A stretch of 64,000 nt of DNA from Balanoglossus misakiensis (taxonomy: Eukaryota; Animalia; Hemichordata): contig CM082587.2 of assembly GCA_040954595.2 (NCBI GenBank), forward strand, positions 5,506,206 to 5,570,205. Direction: 5' to 3'. Of this stretch, positions 53,168 to 64,000 are shown in pieces. The position numbers and the translations under genes were made by a program. The notes beneath the pieces were generated by a model. It was not told the origin of the DNA and did no database searches. It was given only the letters and a program-made list of their open reading frames with translations. Position 1 is the stretch's first letter. Each line of letters begins with the position of its first letter.

Positions 53168-56100
53168 ATATCAGTGTTTCTGCTAATTTTTGGGAACAGT
53201 AAATGATTTTGGAACCTTGGTCATACATCTGTTGCAACTACATTGATATACTATTTTTGTAGAAGAAATGCAGATTCTCACATCACGCCTGTTTTTCGCT
53301 TGCAGGTGCCATATTCAAAAAAGGGGACAGAATGCGACATATATTGGAATGGGATATCCTTCAACGATGTCGACGTGGTCCCATCAACCGGCAAAGTCAA
53401 TAAGTTTCCAGGTAAGAAACTCAGAAGCTGATGTTTTCACTTGATTTCTTGGTAGAGCTCACCTCGCATTTGTGTGTTGAGCTGGGTAATTATTCGCTCC
53501 AACAACAAAAATGCAGTATTAAAGTAACCAAACATTGACAAAACCCCAGTGGTCGCATGACCAGCTATGTAGTTAGTACTGCAAAAATTCTCATTTTCTA
53601 GCAAGTTGAACATGATCTCCAGTGAAATGATTGATTAAATAGATTTTTGTGTTGTCATAACTGTGAGAATACATGGCATGTTACATCAAATCTCCTTCAA
53701 ATTCACTTGTCACTGTGAAAGAATAATAGCAATAAATACATGCGTATCTTGATAACGGACTATTGCCATGTTATTGTCTAGTGACTAAAACAGTCATACT
53801 TTGCTGATACGGGACTTTATACATAAGTTAATTTTATCAAGCATTTAACTGTTTTATCAGGTCCTCTTATCAGGAGGCGATATGGGGCAGTGGTCTGTTA
53901 ATCTTGTTCACAAACACAAACTATCTAGGACTTGGCCACAGCTAGAAATAGTCCAACATGTGAACTTAGCTTAAATTTTAGAGCAAAATCAAATGTACAG
54001 AGTAAATTCAACTCAGATACATTATTAGTTATACCCCTACCTGGACCGAACTACATGTACATGTACAAACATATCTAATTGCGTTCAGGTAATTTGACCT
54101 GATTTCTAACAACCCAGATTCAACATACATAGACATGTAATCTGCCCAGTTTGAACGACATATTTGTTATTACACATATATACAAACTCAAAATAGTTCT
54201 GAGACGTGTACTACACCAATGATTGAAATGGGTTTAAAACACGAAAAAAGCGGCTTAGTTTTTGACAATTGTGTTTTTTCTCTGTGAGAGGTCATTGTTG
54301 ATTTATGATTTCTATCCCCTGGGCGACATTCTATCGATCGATTGGAGCAGGTAATTTTTCACTGAAGGTGTCATTGGGATTAACCTATTTGAGTGTTGGC
54401 CCACCGTAATTACTGTGAGAGGGGTGGCCAGCATTGTTTGAATCCTGCTAATGAATATGTGTTCCATGTCTGCTCTGTGAAAATATTCAAATTCAACTTT
54501 GTTATCACAAAATATTTCTTTGAGTTGTATTCATAAATGATGTTGGTTATTGTAAAAAGCTGACATTTTTTTTTACTATTAAAAATTTGTTTGACCGACA
54601 GGAATGGTGGAAATAGTCCGAAAGGTGTCCCTGACCAGGATCATGAACCAAATGAGGACTCTCTTTCCCGACGAGTATAATTTTTATCCCAGATCGTGGA
54701 TTCTCCCCGAACAGTACCACCAGTTTTCGGCCGAGGCCAGCCTCATGCACAAGGACAACCCCAAACAGAAACACTTCTTCATCGTCAAGCCGGACGAGGG
54801 CTCGCAGGGCGAGGGCATCTACCTGCTCAGCAGCCCCCAGGACGTGACCTCCATGGGGCTGGTGCGCTCGGCCGTGGTGCAGGAGTACGTGGCCCACCCG
54901 CTGCTGGTGGAGCGCAAGAAGTTCGACCTGCGCGTCTACGTGGTGCTGACCAGCCTGGAGCCGCTGCGCTTCCACCTCTGCAAGGAGGGCATGGCCCGCT
55001 TCTGCACCGAGGCCTACCAGGCGCCCTCCAACCGCAACCTGCACCAGGTGTTCATGCACCTCACCAACTACACCCTGAACAAGCGCAGCGACAACTTCGT
55101 GCACACCGACAACGTGGCCAAGGGCAGCAAGCGCACCATGACCAGCATGTGGGCGCTGCTGGAGGAGAAGGGCCACGACTTGAAGAAGGTCTGCCGGGAC
55201 ATCGAGAAGGTGGTCTGCAAGACGGTGCTGGCCCTGATCCCCGAGCTGAAGGTTGTGAGCCACGCCGAGCTTCCGCCGGGCAAGCCGGGACCCACATGTT
55301 TTCAGGTGAGTCCCGGAGCATTTTCCGGATTTACTGGGAAAAAGAGTGGTGTGGTGGTACAATGGAGTTGCAGTATGTGTGTATGTAGCCTGTCTCTTGG
55401 TTTATACACAGCATCTGCCCAACCACTGTACCAAATGAAAAGCCCAAAATCTGGCGAGGAAACTGAGAATATTGCAAGGGAAATATTAAGAGGAGCATTA
55501 CAACACTTGATTTTCATCTCACACTCCTTATGAGTGATTCTCTCTCCCGACAGATTCTAGGACTAGACATTCTACTCGCGTCAGACTTAAAGCCGTACCT
55601 GCTGGAGATCAACGCCAATCCCAGCTACAGACTAGACTACGACCACGAAGTCAGTCCTGGGGTCTACGAGACACTGCCAAGCCCAGTGGACGAAGAGATC
55701 AAGATACCCCTTGTGAAGGATACTCTCAGATTGGTCAAACCACTCAGAAGAATTACTACAAGAGCTTTGTAAGTTCCGCACTGTCATATTTTGAAATGGA
55801 AGTTCATAAGCTTAAGTGAAACTGGTAATTTCTCTTAACTCTGACTACAGTGAGTTATTGACCTTTTACCCATAATGCAATTCTTAGCACGAAGTCAAAA
55901 CCTATTTTAAAGGGACAAAGTCTCTCTCTCGCTGGCCTTTTTCCATTAATTATGTTTGATACAAGACGCTGTTTATGTTATTCTACATGTGGATATATGG
56001 TGAATCAACATTCGACCACACACAACTTCCATCTCGTTTGTAGGATATGAGAGTAAAAACTCGCCCAAAATGAATAAATGGTAAAGAACGATTATTCATT

Positions 56101-57065
56101 TTGGCTTTCATTTGACTCATTTACTCTCTGTTAACAACCCAGGAGCGCGTCCATGTCGGGGAGGCCCAGCAGCACCGACCCCGACGACATCACCCTGGAG
56201 ATCAACCAAGTCCACGCCGACGAGCGGAAGTCCGCCCGGGGCGTCAAGTCCTCCGAGTCCTGCCTGGAGGAGCTCTTCCCGGCCAAGTACGGCGAGCAGT
56301 TCGAGTTCGTCCGCATCCTGGAGAGGATCGCCTACCTCTTCAACCATTTCCTGGGAATACGCGGAGCGCTGCGGATGGGACCCACCGGATTCCGTACATT
56401 CACGAGGTCAGTCGGAAGTGCCAAGATCAAGGTTCATAAAGTGTAGGAACAGAGGGTAGTTACTGTAGAATACTGTAAAACACTTTATTTTCGCGAGTTG
56501 AAATTTTCGCGATATCGAGAGAGGCCACTGTTTTCACACTATTTGGCTCTCGCGTATTTCGGAAAATCTACTGCTCGCGAAAATAAATTGTTTTACAGTA
56601 TATTATTAAGGAGGCAGTAGCTGTAACTAAATTTTGGCTGTATTTTCAGTAGCATAAAGTTACAGCTAACATAGCTTGAAATAATCATTACCCGGTAAAC
56701 AACTGTTGCATTTTGTTTTCAGGAGATGTAAACTGTGCGTCAATGGTCTGAGCACCGCAGCCATCGACATCCTGTACATCGACATGGCGAGAAAATGGAA
56801 TGCACTCAATCCGGAGGGCACATCGGGCCTCTGCTACGACGGCTTCGTGGAAGCCTTCTCCATCATCGCCAACCGCAAATTCCGGGGCGCCAGCCTGCAG
56901 GAGAAAGTGGTCGCGCTTCTTGATCTCTGCGAGTGTCACCTGAACTCCGGCATCATCTGGCCGCCGCCGCCGCCGCGAAGACCGCGCGTGCGCACCAGAT
57001 TACCCAGGGTGCAAGACAGCGAGGAGTATCTGCGGGTGCGACGGCAGATGCAGATCGACAACTGA
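47602..57065 (+). CDS. TTLL11: Tubulin polyglutamylase TTLL11; 6 coding exons
   Basis: ITVDTSKAKSS, CDIYWNGISF, KVNKFPGMVEIVRKVSL, FPDEYNFYPRSWILP, IVKPDEGSQGEGI, KKFDLRVYV, FMHLTN, CFQILGLDIL, LLEINANPS and MGPTGFRTF. Approximate exons: 47602-47847, 53306-53411, 54602-55305, 55554-55768, 56143-56406, 56723-57065. The start codon is uncertain. Confidence 0.93.
53129..53168. repeat. (TAAA)n microsatellite
   Basis: Direct reading. Confidence 0.95.
56471..56600. mobile_element. 130-bp MITE with TA flanks
   Basis: TACTGTAAAACACTTTATTTTCGCGAG ... CTCGCGAAAATAAATTGTTTTACAGTA. A related core TTT(C/T)GCGATATCGARAGAGGCMACTGT is at ~43190. Confidence 0.8.
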
Positions 57066-60000
57066 CTTGTGGGGTACTATAAATATCTGTAATTCTGCAA
57101 AGCTTGGTACAGTTTTTTTTTTTTTGTCCCGACTGTCCGATAAACAAAATAAACAAAAGGTTGTGTGAAAGTTGTTGCAGGAGTCCTTTGTAGATTGTTG
57201 GTCCCGCAGAATGAATGACATCATTTTGACATTTTCTGCAGAGTGAACTTCAAAGGGTCAAAGTTATGCCATGTTCCATGCATAACTTGTCTTTAGATAA
57301 CCTATGGCTATGTAGAGTATTAAAAAACTTCCACATTCAGAGTGGGCAACAACTCTAACAACCTTGTGAAATTACAGAAGTTTATAGTACACACTTGTGT
57401 TCCGTTACACAAAGCAGTTTTCAGCTGTCGTTTCCAGAAAAGACTGGTCACACTTCTCAAGTGAGAGTTTTGCCTTGTGAGCACCACATTTAACCTCAGA
57501 CTCAAGGTTTCGATGCCTTTGAGTTTTTCAATGGATCAATTTACATCATGAATGCGAATTTAAAGCGCAGTGGGATGGGGTTTACTTTCTATATATAATA
57601 CGTTTTAGTCATTAGTTGCATGTACACAACAAGTTTTGTTTAGAAAAGACCAATTATGTCAAACATTCCAAATCCCATCACACATTCTTGAAACCAAATC
57701 TGTAGGGAGAGCCGTCACAAAGCAACAAACCACAACTCGGTCATGACGCTCAGACAACTCCAAATCAGATCTCCACCAAACACCTTCAAGGGGCCTTTCC
57801 CAGAACTTTTAACGAACCTCAAAGTAAAATTCTGTGGCGAGGAATCACACAAAATGTCAGGTGACCGACGATTAGCTGTTTTGCATGCATGTACAAATTC
57901 CAAGCCAATTACTCTCAAATTAAAAGTGTGATTTCCATGAAAGCAAGTATAGGCAGGCATTGTCAGCACTGTGTTGTTTGAGATGCGGAAAAGCAGAGTA
58001 TATGCTAGCTCCAAAGAAAGCAGAGAAAATTGGACGCGCTCAGCTTGGAGTCCATTTAACTCATTTCCCTTTCGCTCTTCCTGGCGGGAAGTCACTCAGG
58101 GCTCCCGGCTGAAGGGATGGGAATGTTTTCATGACGGCTGAAAAGCAGAGCCCATGAAAAGTAGAACCGCCCCCGCTAATGTCTGCGCAGGTCAGACGAG
58201 GTCACCCGCTGGATTTCCTCCAGACTCCGGCCACAGCTGACATGTTGTCATGGCGACAGGCATAGCAATTGACATATGCTTTGCCAAGATCACTTGAGAC
58301 CCGATAGCATACTGTTATGCATGTGAACAACTATTTTTTTTTTTTTTTCAAAAGAAAATAATATATATTTGCAAGTGGACCTTGCGGGATATTTTGTTTG
58401 TTTCTGTGGCTCAGAAACAGTTAATGCTAAAATTTTACTGCCCAACAAAACATGAATTTGACGGAAGGTCAACTCAGAAATACGTTTCAGGCAGTTCATG
58501 GTGTTGCACTCAACCATACTGATAGAACTTGTCGTCAGCAGATATTGTTTTTATGAATCATCTGGTTGGATTTCAGTTTTATTGTAGACTTGTATAAATA
58601 ATGCCAACTCTGTGTTTACTGCAAAAATTTCATTTATTGGAAACTTTTTGAAAAATTTAGCTGCCTATTTTTGTTGTATTCACGGTTTGTTGGTTGTGGG
58701 GTTTGGGGATCACAGAATTATATCTGTGAATTTTTTTCCTTGTGGTTTACACCATATTTTAATACTACAGCGTGGATATCAAAAAAGTAAAACATTAGTT
58801 ATACACTGGAACGTGCCTACAATACTTCAGATTATTTCAGGATAATCTGGATCCTCTGCTGTTGAAATCTATTTACAAGTTTTCATCAGAATTCAACAGT
58901 TTAATTACTGTCAGCCAGGTCATCCAAACAGGATACTATTGTTTAATATTTGTTTGCTCTTAAAGTTTATGTGTGTCAGTTTGTATATTCCCTTCATGGT
59001 AGGAAAAACAATCCTGAAATTCTTGTAAGAATTTTGTTTTCCTTAAAGAAGGATATTTGATACTGTTATGTCTGTATGTATATATGTATTACCATTGTTG
59101 GATTGTTTCTGATATGCTGTAATATATTAATCAAACACATATGTTTTATATGACAGATTTGATTAAAATTCTGTCAGTTGTAACTTCTGGCTATTTTATT
59201 TTGTGTGTGTATTTGTACTATGCATGTCAACCGCAGTTTTCCTTGTCCTGCTTGGTACTGTGTGATAGCAGGATTTTGATGAGCTGTAATTCGGATTGTA
59301 ATATGCTTCTGCCTCTAAGGGGCGCTATACGCAAACCTTGGGCTGTGAGACACAAACTATGGGAGCCCTGAAGCTCGTTTCTCTCCACTTAAGGAAAGAA
59401 CGTCAGCCTATTAGGCTACTCAAAAAATAAAGAATGATGCGCGCTGCAGCAAATACGCACATGGGTTTTGTTTGTAGCTAGGTTCATTTAAATTCTGGGG
59501 TTCGCCTTTTTGCGTGCATGTCTCACATTGTGTGTGTACCTGTGCAATAAGTATTCACTCTATGCACCATTTTAAATGTGTTTTTTTTCTGTTGATGATC
59601 ACAGTCCGTCCATTCGCATACTGTCGGAACTTGAACCTAGCAATAAATACTATTTTGATATAAACGTGTACATATATATATATATTGGGTTTTTCATACC
59701 TGTGTGTATACAACATTGTGTGTACAAAAGTGTTTTTATAGGTATCAGCTTTTTGAAATACACCTCATATATTTTGTACGTTTGTGATTATTTGGACAAG
59801 TGGGCGAGTTTCCAGAAGGTGAACAGGTTTTTTGAACAGTCCTTATGTGTGTCAACAATATATGTATTTTGTGAAATTATCCGACATTTCTACAAGTTAA
59901 TAAACAAGTAAAACGACAACTGCAAGCGTGTCGCTGTATTATTTTATGTTTGTATAAAAAAAAAGCAAAAAAAAAAAGAAAAGACAAACTTGTACTTTAT

Positions 60001-60296
60001 CGATCTATCTGTTGGTAATGGGGAAGTGTCCTTTGTCAAGCATCGCCGAAACGAAAAAAATAACAAAATCATAAGAAGAACATTTTTACACTTGTTTAAA
60101 TGAAACTCTCTGACAATATTTTTTTCAACAGTGTCCTTAATTGTGTACTCTCAATCTTGATGCAAACAGAACACAGTGGATCATGTTGTTTTCACAAAAA
60201 CACAATCACAATGTGCCACCTTACTTTAACTAACTGATGCAGATGTCATGATTGAACAAAGTACCTAGTGCTACAGCCTACCTAGCTTGCTCAAGG

Positions 60297-63200
60297 TCAC
60301 CTTGAGGTTGTTAGACGTTCAGGGAAGAATCGGGGATAAAGATGTCCGCACTTTTCAATGTTATGATGCAGTGTTGAATGGATTATCTTGGTGAACTTTG
60401 GATCCACTGTGGAAGAAATCAGAAAAAAAATGTAAGTACACAGTGTACTTTTCTGTGAACAATTCTCACTACCTTAAATTGGTTTTTGCTCCCTAGGTGA
60501 GTGATAAAAATCTCATATGGTCGCCTGAAACTCTGAAGTTTGAGTATATATACATTTGTATCTTCAAGTAAGTGGATATACATAATGTATGTGTACAAAC
60601 CTGTTTCAAAGATCCTTGCAGGTCTGCCTATGCCATCCTTTGCTGAGTACGATTGTGCTGATGGTGGATTTTCCTGTCAGATATAATCAACACCACAGTG
60701 ACTTAATAGGTTTGCTTTTTCGATCTTCCAGTATTTCAAAAAACAAACTTGCTGATTGCTTTTTGTCACTGGATATATTCAATTTTCACACAACATCACC
60801 CAATTATCGACACATACAATCATCACTAAACAGTGGCTAGCAAAACCCACCTTCATAAATGACCATATATTGATGAGAAGCAGGTAGACTTCGTACGGTG
60901 TCAACAGGTAGAACAGTTCGCTCACATGTCCGAGGCAAGCTGGTAGAAAGTCGCTCTGAAAAACAAAGTCAGTGGGGGAAATTTGCATACTGTCAGGTAG
61001 ACAGACATACACTGTTGCCTTCATGGCCATCCAAGAAGTGTATAATAGTATAGTATAACAAAAATATTGAACTGTGGTCAGTTATTTGGTCAGTTAATCA
61101 TAGCCATATTTGGTCATTTAGCCATGTTAGGTCAGTAATATATACATGTACGTGTAGTAACCGTACCATAAATTAACTGAGGTACATACCAGTAACATGC
61201 ACTCCACGAGTCGAGCAGAACTCTGCAGTTGTTTTGGTGACATGCAAGCTTTAGTTTGTCTGTTACTCTCCCAATGCACCAACAGTGTGGACAACAACCC
61301 ATACACTAACACTGAACAGTGTCTCAGCGCTGGCTTGGCTGAAGAAAATAACAGAAAGTGGGGAGAAAATATTCACTCTTGAGTAAAAGAAATTACTTTT
61401 AAACACTGACAATGTTTTAAAGCCCGTGAGCTGCAACTTGATGACAAACTTTACACTTTAAATAATCTGAGATATCCTTTTTAATTTTGTCTATGAAATG
61501 ATATTGCCTGTTTACATGAAGAAAACACAATCCTAAGTAATACACATAAAAAAACTAAATCACAGAGAGTACATCTGGAAAGGCAGACACTTACATTTTG
61601 CCACCACTCTGAGTAATTCCCACAGGATAGGACTGTCTTCAAAAGTTCTCTTGATATGTAAGTCCCTGCAAGAAAATCGTGTCATTTCAAAAATTTTCGG
61701 GTAAGCCAATATCATCATTCAAGTGATGGACACTTATGATAAGCAACGAGAATACCACAAGCACTAAGGCAGTCCGGGCGGTCATCACAGCATACCTACC
61801 TCTCAATAGTATACTTCATATACTCCTCGTCTGGCCACAGGATACCGGTGTGAATCACGTCAGGGCACACCAACGCCACCAGCAGCTCGGCCAGGCACGT
61901 TGCTGAGTTTTCTGCGAGTATTTTCGGCAGCCCAGTCACCGACTGTCCCTTGTCGATCGCTGCGTTTTGTAGATTCACAGAACCGCATGAATACAGCGCA
62001 TCCAGTACAGCCTGTGTGTTACGCATCATTACGTCCTGTTTTACAAAAAAAAAACGCGAGTTTATATACTGGGGTTTACGCCAATGACCCATGACCTCTT
62101 CGCACTGTGACTGTGACCTATGACCTCTGCCCTCTCATCATGCATTCTGCAACACATACGTGTAGTGTAATCTCAGACCTGTCATCTCTTTGGACTTTTT
62201 TAAATTCACGGAATCCCCTCAATTTTGGCAGATGTAATGTTTCAACAAAACAGTAGATTTAGCCATAATATTTAGTACATAAATTCACTAAAAGTCATAG
62301 AGAGCTAAGCCTCACATTATAAATTGTTTCCTGCAAAAAAAATAAATAAACACAACACAACATAACACAAACATGAGGACACTTTACCTGGGGTAGGTTG
62401 TTTCCCATCAACACAGACCTTTTCCCTTTCCCGATGATTCCGGAATGGAAGACAGTGGAAGCAGTGGCTGGCACCGTCACGGAGAGCGCATGTTTTTTAT
62501 TGTCTTCGTGCAACGACAATTTGGAGCCGCTACTCTCTGGCGACGAGTCGTTTCCTCCTTGACCGCCTCCAAACAGACATCTGTTCTCCTGTGACAGACA
62601 TGAGAACATTATGTCATGTATGAGAAAATCTACTCCGGCAAAATTTGCGTTATTACAGTAAACGTCTTAACTCCTGTGTACACCATGGTTTTGGTACAAA
62701 ACTATTCTTTTCAGGCACACAGTTTCAATCTTTCACCCCCATTTCTCTGAACAGAGGCCCAACTTCACCATAGGAAACAGTGGATTTGGACCAAACCATG
62801 GTGTCGAAAAGGTATCACAGGACACGCATACAGTTTCATAACTCGGACAATGCATAAGCCAATGTAGTACTGATACGTGTAGAATTTGCAAACCCCCTCT
62901 CTTTTACCTTGCTCATCACTCCCTGAATCAGAAATCGGATGACCTCTGTCTGACCCGGCGGATGACTAGAAACCATTGTCAGGTATTTTGTGACTGTAAT
63001 TACTTCATCGGCAGTGCGGTCTGCAAGACACAAATAAAAAAAAGTGAGAAAACCTTACGGATATTTGGGAATTTGCTGCCAATTTAGAAATCCCAATCAA
63101 TGCCAGCAACAGCCTCACTACCAAATTTACAAGAATCACATCACAGCAGGCACTAGCACCAGAATGAATTCAGTACTTCTCACCTCTCCTGTGAAGCAGG

Positions 63201-64000
63201 ATGCAGAAATAGTGAACCGTACAGCGGGCGATGTTGAGCAGTGTATCCATGGCGATGTTGTCGGGCAGACCGACCAGATACAGCAGCCTGATGGTCTGGT
63301 AGGACACCGCCGGCGAGTGGTGATGCAACAGACACGAGAGAATCTGCACAGAGCTTTGCAAGGTGGATTTCAGTCTGACCCGCGACCTCTGCTGACCTTG
63401 CTCGCTGCGCTCCCATTTGACCAGGAGCGTGAAGTTGTTCAGGAGATGGAGCGTCTGGAAAAAAATAGTACGGAAAGGGCAAATGTCACCTATTTGAGGT
63501 GTATGGGGTGTTTACATTGTATCCCCCTGGATATTTACCACCAGAACAGTTGCAACTCAGGTATAGGGTTGGCAAAAATCTCTGACAAGCAGTTCAGGGG
63601 GTGACTGCCCTAGAACCATTTTTGAAGTGAAATACCTCATCAAGGAGTACCTTGTAATTTTTACACGAGAAGACCATAAAAATGCAAATTCACCTGGACG
63701 TCATCTGCGTGCTGCAAATGATACAATGACTTCTGCGCGGCCACTTTCATCACATTCTGCAGCGAGCTCTCAAACTCTGCCTGCAGGTCCAGAAGAAGTC
63801 TGACTTGGGAGCTCTACAGATATACAAGTAGACATATTCTAATGTTACCATAACCTTTGATGATACAATCATCTTGTGTCTTTAATGTATGAGAAGCTTG
63901 AGAATAAACCATCACTTATACAAAATAGATTTGGAAAATATAAGACTTTCAACAGTTGAAAAATTGCTAGAGTTCAAAAATGTGAAAAGCTACATCCAAC
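60297..64000 (-). CDS. INTS5: Integrator complex subunit 5, 3' portion (5' end beyond the window)
   Basis: LLVALVCPD...LWPDEEYMKYTIERDLHIKRTFEDSPILWELL, PALRHCSVLVYGLLSTLLVHWE, LPACLGHVSELFYLLTPYEVYLLL and IIHSTLHHNIEK...PRFF. Stop at 60297-60299. Confidence 0.88.
62667..62811. mobile_element. Degenerate MITE (TTAA-CCC-type, piggyBac-like)
   Basis: ACACCATGGTTTTGGTACAAA ... TTTGGACCAAACCATGGTGT. A right-end-like fragment TTGGACCAAACCAT...AAAGGGTTA also occurs at ~14570-14600. Confidence 0.55.

Noticed and set aside
54547-55388. 271-aa antisense and 230-aa alternative-frame ORFs over a TTLL11 exon
   Set aside because: Expected shadow ORFs of very high GC3 coding sequence
63044-63604. 186-aa plus-strand ORF
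   Set aside because: Antisense shadow of an INTS5 exon, extending into introns

Overview
Eukaryotic, intron-rich genomic DNA. The gene content and repeat landscape suggest a marine invertebrate, probably a deuterostome (inference only). There is no prokaryotic system or CRISPR here. From left to right: about 4.1 kb of an 88-bp AT-rich satellite; a 12-exon M2 metallopeptidase with ACE2-type active-site residues (-); CRYZ (+); WDR76 (-); three tRNA-Thr(TGT) genes (-), the first two flanking a 4.25-kb array of eight ~550-bp units; a divergent 8-exon Gi/o-type G-protein alpha subunit (+); head-to-head ANKRD45 (-) and KLHL20 (+); TTLL11 (+); and the 3' part of INTS5 (-). Introns carry many small MITEs and microsatellites. 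The best candidate for something undescribed is the ~550-bp array: every unit holds a tRNA-like A-box/B-box cassette on the tRNA strand plus a variable number of 27-bp palindromes. Also notable are the invertebrate ACE2-like gene whose tail may splice across the satellite, the G-alpha with a non-canonical P-loop and three intronic RFX X-boxes, and a duplicated GC splice donor in KLHL20. All exon models were built by eye, and gene names come from recalled motifs, not database searches.
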